The notes beneath the pieces are model-generated. The model searched no databases, was not told the DNA's origin, and saw only the letters and a list, made by a program, of their open reading frames with translations. Both the position numbers and the translations under genes were made by a program. A stretch of 57,405 nucleotides of DNA, the filler included, from Thelocarpon superellum (lineage: Eukaryota), in NCBI GenBank assembly GCA_026025795.1. It is 3 parts of 3 records of this genome, joined end to end, with 100 filler letters (N's around TTAATTAATTAA, not from the genome) between each part and the next. Parts side by side here need not be neighbours in the genome. Positions count along the whole stretch, not along the records: positions 19,205 to 38,304 come from JAPEUG010000351.1; 2 more parts are not named here. One strand, given 5' to 3'. Shown one piece after another: positions 20,359-33,451 of this stretch; the stretch's first letter is position 1, and the number at the start of each line of letters is the position of its first letter.

Positions 20359-23300
20359 TCAGGTCCTGGCTCAAGAGCGATGACGTGCGCTGATGTACAA
20401 GAAGGTGAAGCTCCGAAGGGTTGGCGAGTGGTGGGAGCAGTTTATTGTGCGCAGAGACGCAAAAAACATTCCAATGTCTATGGCAGCGGTCGTTAAGGTG
20501 GGTGGGCATTCTACATTCCAGTTGTCTCGCATTGGCCTTGATGTCCTCGTACCTTCGACCCCCTGTCGTTCTGATCATTTTTTGAAGTAAAAAGTGGGGT
20601 GGGGCGTCATGTATCCCTGTCTTGACAGAGTCTGTCTGCCATATTACTAGCTGCCGGTGCGCGTGCGTCTCTTATCCTGCAGGCGTTACTGCTTTTGACA
20701 AGGGGCGTGACGGTCGACTGTCCCTATGGTGCGAACCTAGAGCATCTACCCTGGGAACTGCTGAACACCTCGCACTTGCTTGTGCCTGCTTGTCCTTCAG
20801 CCTTGGCCCTCGACATTACTTGCTAACTCCACCAGCACTTCTCACGCTTGGGAGGCATCCCTTTGTGTGTCCAAAGCGCAGGGACTGCTCGCACTCTAAC
20901 AAAGCGACAGCGATATGTCCCAGCGGCCACCAGATCCAGAGCATGTGCATGCGTGGATCTCAGACCGCCCACTGCCAATGAGGGTGGAAGCTTGGCTTAG
21001 GACAGTACGAAGGTCGCAGCCTGTTACGGTTCGCTTGCCACAAAGGGCAGCGCAGCGGTCGCGGCCTCGCTCGCACCCCCCCTCTCGTGTTCCTTACACC
21101 CTGCCTGTGTGCGGCTTGTCGACCACCTACCTAGCCATCCCATCGTATTGGCTGGACAAGGTCCACTGAACTAATCGACCTACGGTTGCTCCCCATCAGG
21201 ACCCCCTTGGCCAAGCAGACCGCCAACCTGCCGAGGGAGCCGCGGCCGCTTCATCTGGCTCAAGGTGGCGGCTTTGCTCCGGTCTCAACCCAATCCCCCT
21301 GGCCCACGTATTCGTGCAACAGAGATGCTAGTCTGTTCGTAGGACAGCTGGTATTGCGAATGGCAGATGTGACTCACGCAGGTTAATGTGCATCCGCAAC
21401 TTCCGCCTCGGAGATGTGTGACCTCCTTCCCCGACCGAGACCCAACCGGAACCTATTCCGAACAACCCAAGATCAGACCCGGCGCACCGTTGCAGCAAGA
21501 GACGCCGCTTCTTAGCGCTTACTGCATGAAGCAGTGCTCCTACGACGTTGGTGGGCTAAGCCTATGCTCTTGGAGTTGAGGGCTCGGCGTAGCCCTGGAC
21601 GACCTCCCGACCGCGCTCGACTTCGTGACGCGCGGGTTCTATTTGACAACACCTTCCGAAGCGATCAACGCGACGCATCCAGCGTACTCCTCGACCGCAT
21701 GACACGTGGCGAAGGCTATTCGGTGAGACTTCCTGCCCTCGGTCAGACCTCGATTGCGACGGGTCCGCTCGGGGCTCGTCGGATTATCCTCGTCGATTCA
21801 CGGTCGATTCACGGTCGGCGCGACGAGCCTCAGGAGGTGATCTGACTACACTCATCACAGCGGCACGCCCTTGCGCCCTACAGCTACGACTTTGCAGCAG
21901 CTGATACTGCCCAGCCCAGCTCTGGAGCCCGAGACCGCGAGTTCCAGCCGGACTGAAATGGCGCGTCGATCTCGGAGTGGCGAGGTCGAACACGACGTGT
22001 CAGGCTGGTGCACCGAAGCTGGGCCTGAAGTCTGTGCCTCGCAGACTTCATCTCCTCTACGCCCGACGAGACGACGGCACCACTTGTCGCCGCTACCAAA
22101 GCGCAAGTCGGTGGTCAGGAGGGCTTGGTCAAGCTACTGACGAGACCAGACCACGAAGTCCCGTCCAGATATTGAACGCGACCGGTAGGTTTTCCCCTCA
22201 AGCTCGTGGACATGACCGCAGCTGCTAATCCTGGGAAGACGGCTGGATCCAAGGCTGAAGCCAGCATCGTCAACCTCCGGCTCCCGATGCCCTCGACGAC
22301 TCCTGGCCCTCATCGCTCTCCGTTGCCTTCGATGGATACTGTCCGTGGTCGCTCTTCATAGCCCTCGACGACTCCTGGCTCTTGTCGCCCTGAGAGGTTC
22401 CTATCGCGTCGACAGCTCCATGAATCCCGTCGTCGTCAAAAGGTCCTGGCCATAAAGGCTTGAAGGTCGTTAAAGGACGCCGACGAGCTTGAGAAGAGCT
22501 AAATTAAGCTGTGCCGGGGCTGAGCTGCCCCTGGAGGCGCATCCAATCGGAGGCCCTGCACTTCATGGTCGCAGGGAGGAAGGGTTCGAGAGGGAAGGTG
22601 AGGGAACATCTAGCCAGGATCGGCAGCGGTCAACGCAAGACAGGGCTGAAGGAAGGTGGGTGAGTGTCTACCACCCGTGGAAGTAAGATATATCCAACGA
22701 AAGATAGGGGAGGGTGGGGCAACTTTAAGACTTGCTCTGAATGGCCCATTTACGAAAGCGATATCATGGACGACGATGACGGGCTGGAGTGTTCCGCGAA
22801 AAACACGGACATACCCGAGTGTGCACCTGGCTTCTACACGGCTAGGGCACTAACACACATGCCCTAGGTAGAAATGGAAGACGAGAGAATGTCAGGGAAC
22901 GAGGGTGGAAATGGGGCAATGGAAAACTCGCGTTGGAGACGGCCGCACGACCCAACTAGGCAACTACCACCCCAGAGCTCGTTCAAGGACCTGAGGGTCC
23001 GTGCGGGTGCCAAGCAAGGGAAATATGCACTACATGACGCACCAGCTGCAAGCACGCAGCGAGCGCGTTGGACAGACAGGAGCCGGGGGGAAAGGAAAAC
23101 TAACCATGCATGGCCCCCGTCAACAAGAATCAGGCAAGGGGAACAAGACAGGGATGTGAAGCTCAGGGATCGCCGGGCTACCAATGGCTGGCTCGTGGGT
23201 GCATATGCAGCTGCAGTCGCGGCACAGGACGCCATAGAAGGTCGTTGGGTTTGTACGCAGGAAACCACGTAGAGACGACTGCGGCATAGGTGTGAGGGTA

Positions 23301-23913
23301 TTTACATGCTTGCGCGTGCTTGGTGGTGGTGGGCGCCGCCAGCGTTTCTTTTTTGCTTTTTCCCACTACCGAAATTTCGCTCCGGGCGGGTTACTGTCCG
23401 TGTGTTTGTTTGTGGTGTCAGCCTCACTTGGCACCACCTCGTACCCACCTGCCTACGGCACATTTGAGCCTGCGACTAACAGCATGGCATGCTGTGTCTA
23501 TCGATCTATGAAGCGCATTCATAGATCGATCGGTACCTCCCTATGAGCGTACCGGTCCATGCTTATCATGGAGTTGGACATCTTATCGTTTGCTGACACG
23601 GTACCCCTCACTATGTTCTCAATGGGCACACATGCTCTACGACCCGTTTCACTTTTGAGCAATACATCGCCTTTCGGATGGCCACGCGAGGAACGATACC
23701 AGATCTTGTCCGCAACAGTCAAAACGATGATGCATATTGATGGCCGATTTGACGTCCCCAAGAATATCATGACCCGATACCATGTCACATGCAATCGGGC
23801 GCCAAATGAGCCTCTACATTCCCAAATGATGAACCCCGCCCAAGGCAATACAACCCGGTAGGATCGATCTTATGCTGCAGCGATGAGATGAGGCAGGAAG
23901 CACGAGTCAAGAG

Positions 23914-25230
23914 TCATGCTTGTGGAAAACGCAACCTCCCGTCCTGGTCCCTCAACTGGCTCGCGTCGTTGAGTTCAAAGGCGAAATTCCACAGCTTCTC
24001 CGCCACGCTCATGTGGAAGCGAGAATTCTCGCCGTAGTCGTCCCCCTTGGAGCTCTTGCGGCCCACATGTTGCAGCACGCTTGGGACCACGGCCCAGCGC
24101 AGGAGATGGTCCGTGTCGGCCCACTCCTCGAGCAGCATGTCGACGAAGCCGACTTTCTTCCGCTCGAAGTGGTCGATGATCCGCGGCACGACGTGTCGAG
24201 GAAAGACGAAGCCTTGCGAGCAGCATCCAAACCGGGACATCTCTTGGACGCCGGGAGCGAGGGGCTGCATGGAGACGCGGCCGCAGAGGAAGTAGAGGAC
24301 GAGGAAGGAGGGGATGCAGATGCCGCAGAGGACGGCGAGGACGTCGATGGTGAGGACCCGGCGGAGCTTGGGAAAGGAGTGTCGGACGAGAAGCAGCGCC
24401 GCGGTAGGTGCCAGCACCCAACCGAGGGACTGGATCAGGTAGCGGGGCCACTCCTCGCGGTTCCAGCCCAGGAACTCCTCGGTGTAGAAGAGGCGGAGGT
24501 AGAGCCAGTCCCACACGTTGCCGCGGTGCGACTGCTCCTCGATGCGGTCGAGCGCGGCCATGGTGCGCGGGTACCAGCCGTCGATGGCGATGGTATCGTC
24601 CTCGATCATCGTCACCCACGGCGCGCCACTCTCGTAGCAGGCCTTCAGGAGGTAGACGTAGTCGTAAAGCCCCTTGACGCGGAAGTCGCGCTCCTCCTCC
24701 AGCGTGCGCACGTAGGCCATCTCCGTCTGGTTCAGGTCGTAGAGGAGCACGCGGTCCGCCACGGCGGGCAGCCAGTCCTCGCCATACGCGGCATGCACCG
24801 TCGGATCGGTATGAGCGATGAACAGGATCAGGTCGATGCTGCGTCGCTCGGCGTCCGTGAGGCCCTCCAGGATCGATCCCACCGTCGAGCGGAAATATCG
24901 ATTCTGCGGCCGCTGCACCGTCGCCACCCCGACGCACATGGTCTTGTCGGCCGACGCGCCATTCCCGTTGTGTCGGATCGCGCTGTCATTGGCGTAGGTG
25001 ATGTAGTCGTCCGCCTGAAACTGGCGGTCGAGCGAGTAGGCGCGCGCGTAACCCTCGTTGGGGTCGAAGAAGAAGGAGCCCGGATCGCGATTGAAGGCGG
25101 TGCGGCAGTACTGAAAAGCCAGCAGGAAGCTGATCAAGAACGCCGTGAGCAAGCGGCCTGCCGCGGGCAGTCGCGTGCAGGGGAGACAGGCCGAGGAGTA
25201 GACGGTGTCGGGGAGCATGGACAGCCTCAT
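23914..25230 (-). CDS. PGAP4/TMEM246-like membrane glycosyltransferase (GT-A fold with inserted TM helices), intronless
   Basis: N-terminal TM; RDPGSFFF, CVGVATVQR, DXD-like IEDD and YLRLFYTEEFLGW; two internal TMs; GCCSQGFVF and QHVGRKSS. Confidence 0.8.
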   Translation of the reverse strand: MRLSMLPDTVYSSACLPCTRLPAAGRLLTAFLISFLLAFQYCRTAFNRDPGSFFFDPNEGYARAYSLDRQFQADDYITYANDSAIRHNGNGASADKTMCVGVATVQRPQNRYFRSTVGSILEGLTDAERRSIDLILFIAHTDPTVHAAYGEDWLPAVADRVLLYDLNQTEMAYVRTLEEERDFRVKGLYDYVYLLKACYESGAPWVTMIEDDTIAIDGWYPRTMAALDRIEEQSHRGNVWDWLYLRLFYTEEFLGWNREEWPRYLIQSLGWVLAPTAALLLVRHSFPKLRRVLTIDVLAVLCGICIPSFLVLYFLCGRVSMQPLAPGVQEMSRFGCCSQGFVFPRHVVPRIIDHFERKKVGFVDMLLEEWADTDHLLRWAVVPSVLQHVGRKSSKGDDYGENSRFHMSVAEKLWNFAFELNDASQLRDQDGRLRFPQA

Positions 25231-25986
25231 CTTGCGACTCCCGTGGACCAGGAAGGTGGATCATGTGGCGTTCATGTTGGTCCCTCGTAAAGGTCGTCGT
25301 CGTCGTCGCCGTCGTCCCGTCGCAGCATTCTGCGGTCGCGCGGACGATGGGACGATGCCGTGCGTCAGCCAACCGCGCGCATATTTAACTTGAAGCTGTG
25401 TCCCGGTAAGCGAGTTATGCTTGGACAGGGGGGATTTCGTCACGGTGTGAGCAACCGGGTTCAATTGACCCCCAGCCCTAGCTAAGCTACCTTTGCTAAG
25501 GTGGGACGGTAACATAGTTCTAGATAACCGACTAAGGCCGGAAAACTTGTTATAGTTATAAGGTTGGGTCGGTGACTAAGTTCTGACTCAGAGGCCTCAC
25601 AACGGATCGCCTGGAGGTGCTTTACCCGTAGCCGACCGACATTGAGTTTGATGGCCTCCCCGCCAGCTATTCCAGCTGGGCGAGCGCCGGGAGCCAGAAT
25701 TGGTAGCGAGTGGTTAGTTCCTTGCACCGCCGGGAGCTCCGTCGTACGAGTGCGAGGCAATCGGAGAGGTACAACGTACCCCGCGGCAATCGTGCCTTAC
25801 CTGTGCTTTAGCACCGTCTCACTACATGTCTCTCTAGATGATTCGACCTGACTTGCGTGTGAGGTCGTAATCCGCTCCATGTCATCTCGAGCCGGTTCAG
25901 CTCGCTCTCACAGGGTACAGAGGCTCGTCTCTTCATCACTCGCAGGAGCGATAGCGCTCACCACGCACCATCCGCAACGACGAAGG

Positions 25987-28900
25987 CTACATCAGACTAC
26001 TCCGACCACCAACCTCCGTCGGGCCCTGTCCATTCGGCATCTCACCGTTCCGTCCCACCACGAATTCCCGGTAGACGGACACCAATCGCCGTCGCTCATC
26101 GGCACTGATGGAAGCCCGCGTGCTGGATAGCGACGCTAGAATGTGCTTCCAGCGGATCACCACCTGGTCATCCGCTGGGGCCGCTGCTGCCGAACCATTC
26201 TGGTCGTTCGCGCCGTCCACGATGCCCCGACGAAGCTGGCGTTGCCGACGCCGTGCCTGCCGGATTGCGTCGAGCTTGGCTGTGATGGCAGCACGCTGAC
26301 CAAGCCACGTCGCCGCGTTGTCTCCCACCCGGCGCCGATCCTCCTCCTCCTGTCGCTGTTCCTCTACGCCGTACTTGAATGAAAGAAAGGGCCGGCTCGC
26401 ACCAGTGCCTTGCCCGGCACGTTTCTGCTGCTCCGCCGGGCGCCCCGTCGAGGCCTCACCATGATCGCCCAGCACGTCGTGGATGGCTTCGAGCTGCGCG
26501 TTATACACCAACGCTTGAAGATCAGCCCCCGAATATCCTTCCGTACGTCGGGCCACCTCGGGTAGCCCCTCGGCAAGGACGTCCTCGCTCATCGTAAGGC
26601 TCTTGCTGAGCGCACGGAGAATGTCCGACCGGTCCTCGAGCGAGGGCAAGTCACACAGCAGCGATTTGTCCAATCGCCCGGGACGGAGCAGCGCTGGGTC
26701 GATCAGATCGGGCCGTGACGTCGCCGCCAACACGTATACCCCTGACAGTCCTTCGGCACCATCCATCTGCGTCAGCAACTGGTTGACGACCCGGTCCGTC
26801 ACCCCGGTCGAGTCGTGTCCGCGCTTCGGCGCGATGCTGTCGAACTCGTCGAAGAAGAGTACACACGGCCGGGCCGACTCGGCGCGCTCGAAGAGGTCCC
26901 GCACGCTCTTCTCGCTCGCCCCGATGTACTTGTTCAGGATCTCCGGTCCTTTGACGCTGATGAAATTCAATCCGCATTCGCCCGCCACCGCGCTCGCCAG
27001 GAGGGTCTTGCCACATCCGGGATAGCCGTACAGCAGGAGCCCAGACCGGAGCCGCAAGGGGCATTGGGCGAAGATGGGTGCGTACGTCGTTGGGTATTGC
27101 AGCGTCTCCAGCAGGATCTGCCGTGTCTCGCGCAGTCCACCGATCGACGCCCATGTTGTTGTCGAGCGTTGCAGCGTAACGTTACGCAACGACGCAGGGG
27201 TGAAGCCATGGATCGCGCGGTCAAAATCGGCCTTGCCGAGGGTAATAGATCCGTGGCCCGCACCCGACGAGACCGATCCCACGCCTCGGATGAGCGCTTC
27301 ACTCCTCGCGCGCGACGCGAGTAAGACCAGGTCCCCGGGCATGTATCCGTCCGTCTGTCCCGCCAGATCCAACAGATCTAGATCCCGGTCCGTCACAAAA
27401 CCCTCTGGGTCCGCTGGCGACCCTGACGGACTGTCGGCGCTTGACCCGTCCATCCATGCCGCGTCCGCTCTTGTTGGATCTGTTTTTACGGTCCCATTGG
27501 CAACGGAGCCATTTGTCCCCTGCAATCGAAGAGGGGCAGGCTCGCCCACGGCTTGTTCCAGTAGCTTCCGTCGACCCTCCTTGTTCGGGGCCTTGAGGCC
27601 GACGAACTCGCGTACCACATGGCCACCGACGATGACCCGGTTGAGCGCCTCTTTGCCCTGTGCCGTTGCCAAAACCACGACGCCAGTGTCCCGCCCGCAA
27701 AATTGGCGAACGATGGTGCACACGATCTCGCTGATCTGTCGACTCCGCCCATTCTCCCCGCCCACTTGGAGCTCCGTCTCCCCCGGACAGAGCTTGTCCA
27801 AATCGTCTAGCATGACCAGCGCGCGGCCTCCCAATCTCGCACACCACGCCGCCGTCATGAACAGCCGCAGCAGCGTCTCTTTCACGCTTAAGACACGCGT
27901 CTCATCTGTGACTAGCGTTCGGCATGGGAAGTAGGTGGTGTAGAACAAGGAACCGTTGCGGAGCCGGTGACCCACAAGTTGCGTCACGCACGTTTTGCCC
28001 GAGCCGAGCGCCCCTGTCAGGAGCACTGATGATGAATGCGACAGATGCGACATCAGCTGGTGTATCAGAGCATCGATCCCAACCAGCGCTGGTGCCCGGG
28101 TGGGAAGAGCCTCTCCGGGACCTAAGCCTCGGGATGCCCCGACGGGTCGGGCGACGGCGGGCTGCACCTCAATATTCAGCTTGCGACTGGATATGACCGT
28201 CCAGGCACATCGGCTTTTGCCCGCCTCGGGCGCTTCAGGAGGCGGTGAGGGATGCAACCGGAGGACACCGCCCTCCCACGAACTGTCGGTGGCGACTCCT
28301 GTCTTGCTGAGCAGCAGGCCATCCGTCAACGGTCCATCGAGCAGACCCTTGTTTCCGTCATCGCCAAACCCATAGAGCCTTCGGATCTCTCGGGCCGCTG
28401 CTTCTCGCTCGGCTTTGCTCTCCCCGCCGAATTTGAGACCGTCGCCAACGTTGTTTGCCATCGAGACAAATGGAAGGACCTTGACAGTGGTCACGTGGCT
28501 TTGGAGGGGCTGTGGGGCTGCCTCAATCCGGACGATGTTGCCGACGAGGCCCTCCGACCCCAGACAAGCACATAATGAAGACGACAAAGCGACGTGCCGA
28601 TTGTTGGGGGCATGCTCCCATGTTCCCAAGCTTGCGACTACTCGCTTGGCCGGAACGTGGTCGCCCTCGGCTCCCTGTTCTGCCTGACCCGGCTGTGCCT
28701 GCTGCGAAGGATCGACGGGCTCGAGCAAGCCTGCCGGCTGAACGACAGAGACGGAGACCCATTGGACGCCTCGTAGCTTGTTCGAGGCGCGGACATCTGC
28801 ATCCACCCAGACCTTCAGGCCGCTATCCTCCACGGCAGGCTCATGTTCGAACCATTCGCCACCAATCCCTCGGTCCACCCCGCGGAGGAAGAGCGCCGGG

Positions 28901-29884
28901 CGACGCCCATCGTCCCGGTGACTCTTGTGGCGCGCAGTACTGTCACGGCTCCTCCCACCGATGCTCTTTCGGCTCACGCTGGCCCCACTCCGGCTGCTGT
29001 CGCGCCCGTCGCCGTAAGCCGGTCGGGCACGTGCCTTGGGAGCGACAATGACCTCGGCGTCGGGGCCGATCCTCGCAAACGGTGCCGAGGCTGCCAGTGC
29101 AGGTGTCAGGCCGGTCACGGCAATGTTCGCTGTCGACGTAGGAGAGAGATGTAAAGTTAGTGCATGCTGTCCGTTGGATGAGGCCGACGAAGGGTTTGGC
29201 AGGGCGCGAATCTGGGACAGGAGGTTGAGTTCGAGAAAGGTGGCATGGAGTTCAATGACTAGGTGCGACGTTAGTCCCCATATGCAAGTCCACCAGGAAA
29301 TGACATGAATCGGGAGCGCCACCTACTTTCCCAATCATCCGCCGTGACAGGCTCGATGTTGACGGTATGGGCTAGTGGAGGATCGAGATGAAGCTGGATC
29401 CCCACCTGTCAGGCATCAGTACGATATGCGCATCAACCGGTGGCTAAGACGAACCTGTTGACCCTCCGTCAAGCCCAGCATGCGACCAAAGGTGGCATCG
29501 ATCTCCACAGACATCAGATCACGGTCTCGTCGGCCAGCGCCGCTCCAGCGATCGTTGATCCCTTCTCGGCCCACGACCGGCGCCAGCTTGCGCTTACTCG
29601 GCATCCCTGTCCATCCTGCGTAGATGGATTTTGGCCCGGCATGATCGACGGTTCCGTGTGATGGAGGGGCGTAGGAGAGCTCGACAATGACATTCTGCGC
29701 GGGCTTTCATCTGCCAGTCAATGTCGTGTGCGCGCACTCGGACGGACAGCCACTCCTCACGTACCGTGTTGGAGTTGGACAGGACTGCTACCAAGGACGA
29801 TGGTAGATTGACCAGGCAGTTCTTCAAGTGGACCAAGGTCACCTCGGCCTGCGTGGCCGGGGCTTTCTTCGTCCACGGTGCCAT
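25987..29884 (-). CDS. PEX1: Peroxisomal AAA+ ATPase Pex1 (multi-exon)
   Basis: N-terminal LKNCLVNLP and GWTGMPS; D1 GALGSGKT; D2 LRLRSGLLLYGYPGCGKT and FFDEFDSIAPKRGHDSTGVTDRVVNQ; C-terminal VGGRSSLM. Confidence 0.96.
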
Positions 29885-30346
29885 GGCACGTGGCCTGTCA
29901 GGGCACCAGCGCGATTTAGAGGAGAGGTGATATCACGACCGGGATGGAGACATTGTCAGACAGCGGGATCGAATGACCAAAGAGAGCGATCGGAGGTGTG
30001 GTGATCATTGTATCCTCGGCGGATGGCAGGGTCCAACTGCCGACCTCCTTCCGCCGTTCGGCGTTGCTCCTTCATTGCTCGTGACGTTCCTGCATGGCGG
30101 ATGGATCGGCAACGGGCCGAGGTTTGTCCGACAAAGCCGCTAATCGATCTTAGGTTAGATTACGTTATGCGCGCTATGCCGTATCAGGGACGATGATTAG
30201 CCATCGCGACGCGACCGCGTCGACCGCCCATTTCACCCGCACGCGTCGCTGAAGACCTCCAGCACCTCCACACCTGAGCCCGCGGATAATCATCGGAATA
30301 CTCACGGACAAAGGAGCACCAGAGGTCGTCCACAAGACCCCCAACG

Positions 30347-33182
30347 ATGGCGCTTCTCGTCACCAAGTTCCTGGTCGACTACCCAGCCCAGCAAGGTAAG
30401 CCACCCCGACGCTATGAGGGCACCGGGCTGACGCGCGCGTAACAGCGGCCTTTGAGGACTTTTTGAAGGGATTCAAGTCGTCCGCCAGCACGACCGAAGC
30501 CGCCGCGGCCACTGCGCTGGAAGATCTGAATATCGACGATGATGGCCTCAGCGACGAGTACGACTTCATGGACGACGTGGGCGAGGGAAATGGCACGCGT
30601 CGGCGAGCACGGAGGACACACGGCCCAAAGCTGAAGTACATGGAAATCCTGCAAAAGGTCGCCGACCGTCGGACGGCGGAGGTGACGATCGAACTAGATG
30701 ACCTCGACGCCGTAGGTGAGCCATGACTTTGACAGGGATGCCCTGCTAATCGCTCCGTGGATGTCCAGTTTGAGAAGAGTCTCGACAACGACGAGCACCC
30801 ACTCCGCCTGGTGGAGACGATCCAGAAGAACACAAAACACTACATCGAAATCCTCTCGCGAGCCGTCGACAACGTGATGCCCAAGGAGACGAGAGACGTC
30901 TCGTAAGTGTAGCCCATGGCGGGGGTTCCTTGGATGATCTGCGTCCAAGTCTAACGACGGGTCCACAGCTTCAAGGACGACGTCCTGGATATCATCATGT
31001 CGCAACGAGAACGACGCAACGAGACGTTGGCAGCGGCAATGGACAAGGAGGTGGAGGAATCGTCGGCCACGTCCATGTTTCCTGCCGAGCTCACTCGACG
31101 ATACACGCTCAACTTCAAGCCATTGACCCCCACGGGGTCGAGCAGCGACCGCGCCAAGAAAGCGCTGGCGGTGCGCCAAGTGCGCGGCGAGCATCTCGGA
31201 CATCTCATCACGGTGCGCGGCATCACGACGCGTGTGTCGGACGTCAAGCCCGCGGTGCAGATCAACGCGTACACGTGCGACCGTTGCGGGTGTGAGATCT
31301 TCCAGCCCGTCACCACCAAGCAATTCACGCCGCTGGTCGAGTGCCCGTCGGACGACTGCCGCGAGAACCAAGCCAAGGGCCAGCTGTTCATGTCGACGCG
31401 CGCCTCCAAGTTCCTTCCCTTCCAGGAGGTCAAGATCCAGGAGATGGCGGACCAGGTGCCCGTCGGGCACATCCCCCGGACGTTGACCATCCACTGCCAT
31501 GGCAGCCTCACGCGGCAGATCAACCCGGGCGACGTGATCGATGTCGGCGGCATCTTCCTGCCTACTCCCTACACGGGATTCCGGGCCATCAAGGCCGGCC
31601 TGCTGACGGACACCTACCTCGAGGCGCAGCACGTGCAGCAACACAAGAAAGCGTACGACGACCTCATGATCGACGCGCAGACCTTCCGGCAGATCGAGCG
31701 GTACAAGGACTCGGGGCACATGTACGAGTACCTGTCGCGGTCCATTGCACCCGAGATCTACGGCCATCTGGACGTGAAGAAGGCCTTGCTCCTGCTCCTG
31801 ATCGGCGGCGTGACCAAGGAGATGGGCGACGGCATGCGCATCCGCGGCGACATCAACGTGTGCCTGATGGGAGACCCAGGAACGGCCAAGTCGCAGCTGC
31901 TGAAGTACATCACCAAGGTGGCCCCACGGGGGGTGTACACGACCGGCCGAGGCAGCAGCGGGGTCGGTCTCACGGCAGCGGTGATGCGCGACCCCGTGAC
32001 GGACGAGATGGTACTGGAAGGCGGGGCGCTGGTGCTGGCGGACAACGGGATCTGCTGCATTGACGAGTTCGACAAGATGGACGACAGCGACCGGACGGCC
32101 ATCCACGAGGTGATGGAGCAGCAGACGATCTCCATCTCCAAGGCGGGCATCACGACGACGCTGAACGCGCGGACGTCGATCCTGGCGGCGGCCAACCCTC
32201 TGTACGGGCGGTACAACCCCAAGATCTCGCCGGTGGAGAACATCAACCTGCCCGCGGCGCTGCTCTCTCGATTCGACGTGCTCTTCCTGATCCTCGACAC
32301 GCCGACGCCCGAAGCGGACGAAGAACTCGCGCGCCACGTCACCTACGTGCACATGCACAACCGACACCCGGAGGACACGCACGGCGGGGTCGTCTTCTCG
32401 CCGCACGAAGTGCGCCAGTACATCGCCCAGGCGCGCACCTGGCGCCCCACGGTCCCCAAGAGCGTGTCCGACTACATGGTCGGCGCCTACGTGCGCATGC
32501 GACAGCAGCAGAAACGCGACGAGAAGGGCAAACGACAGTTCACGCACACCTCGCCGCGCACCCTCCTCGGCATCCTGCGTCTCTCGCAGGCGCTCGCCCG
32601 GCTCCGCTTCAGCAGCACCGTGGTCGTGGACGATGTCGACGAGGCACTGCGCCTGATCGAAGTCAGCAAGGACAGCCTGTACGAGCAGGATTCCGCCGGT
32701 CGCGGCGGCGACCATTCTCCCACCAGCAAGATTTACCATCTCATCAAAGCCATGGCGGAGAGTGGTGGTGGTGCCGAGACGGAAGATGGAAACGACAACG
32801 ACGACGACGAAGATGGCGCCGCGCCCCACCGTCGCGCTCGTGGCGAGCTCAGCATCCGCCGTGTGCGGGAGCGCGTCTTTGCCCGCGGCTTCACGGCCGA
32901 GCAGCTGGCGGAGACGATTGAGGAGTATGAGCTTTTGAACGTGAGCACTCCCCCCTACTCTCGTCCCCAGGAGAAAGCAGGAGAACGGAGGGAGCATGTA
33001 GGAGAGAGACTCTAGGCCAACGAGAGGCTAATATGCGTCTGGTGCAGATCTGGCAAACGGCAGGAAACGGGACGAGATTGGTCTTCGTCGACACCCACGG
33101 CCAAGTCGAGGACGAAGGTGACGAGGAAGAGCAGGCGAGCGATGGCACAGATGCAGATGGAGATGTAGACATGGCTGGTTGA
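30347..33182 (+). CDS. MCM7: DNA replication licensing factor Mcm7 (5 exons)
   Basis: CDRCG...CPSDDC zinc finger, [29 protein letters not shown], Walker [17 protein letters not shown] and SRFD. The last exon is [14 protein letters not shown]...DMAG*. Confidence 0.97.
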
Positions 33183-33202
33183 TTTCCTTGCGTCTCTTTG
33201 TC

Positions 33203-33323
<121 letters not shown>

Positions 33324-33451
33324 TTACTTGCCCACTCACGACCTGGTAGAATCGCTGGTTCAAGTAAGTACTGATATTGGCGGGCATTGGTCTCTGTAAC
33401 AAATCCCAAACCGAAATGCAAATCCACGGACTCTATTGTACACACGCAACA

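Noticed and set aside
23914..25230. Horizontal origin of the intronless high-GC glycosyltransferase
   Set aside because: Core genes MCM7 and the MFS transporter show similar GC3 bias, and the family occurs in fungi.
30694..32997. 767-aa antisense ORF over MCM7 (also 456 aa over the glycosyltransferase and 291 aa over the MFS gene)
   Set aside because: These are shadow ORFs from strong GC3 codon bias on the sense strand, with no independent motifs.
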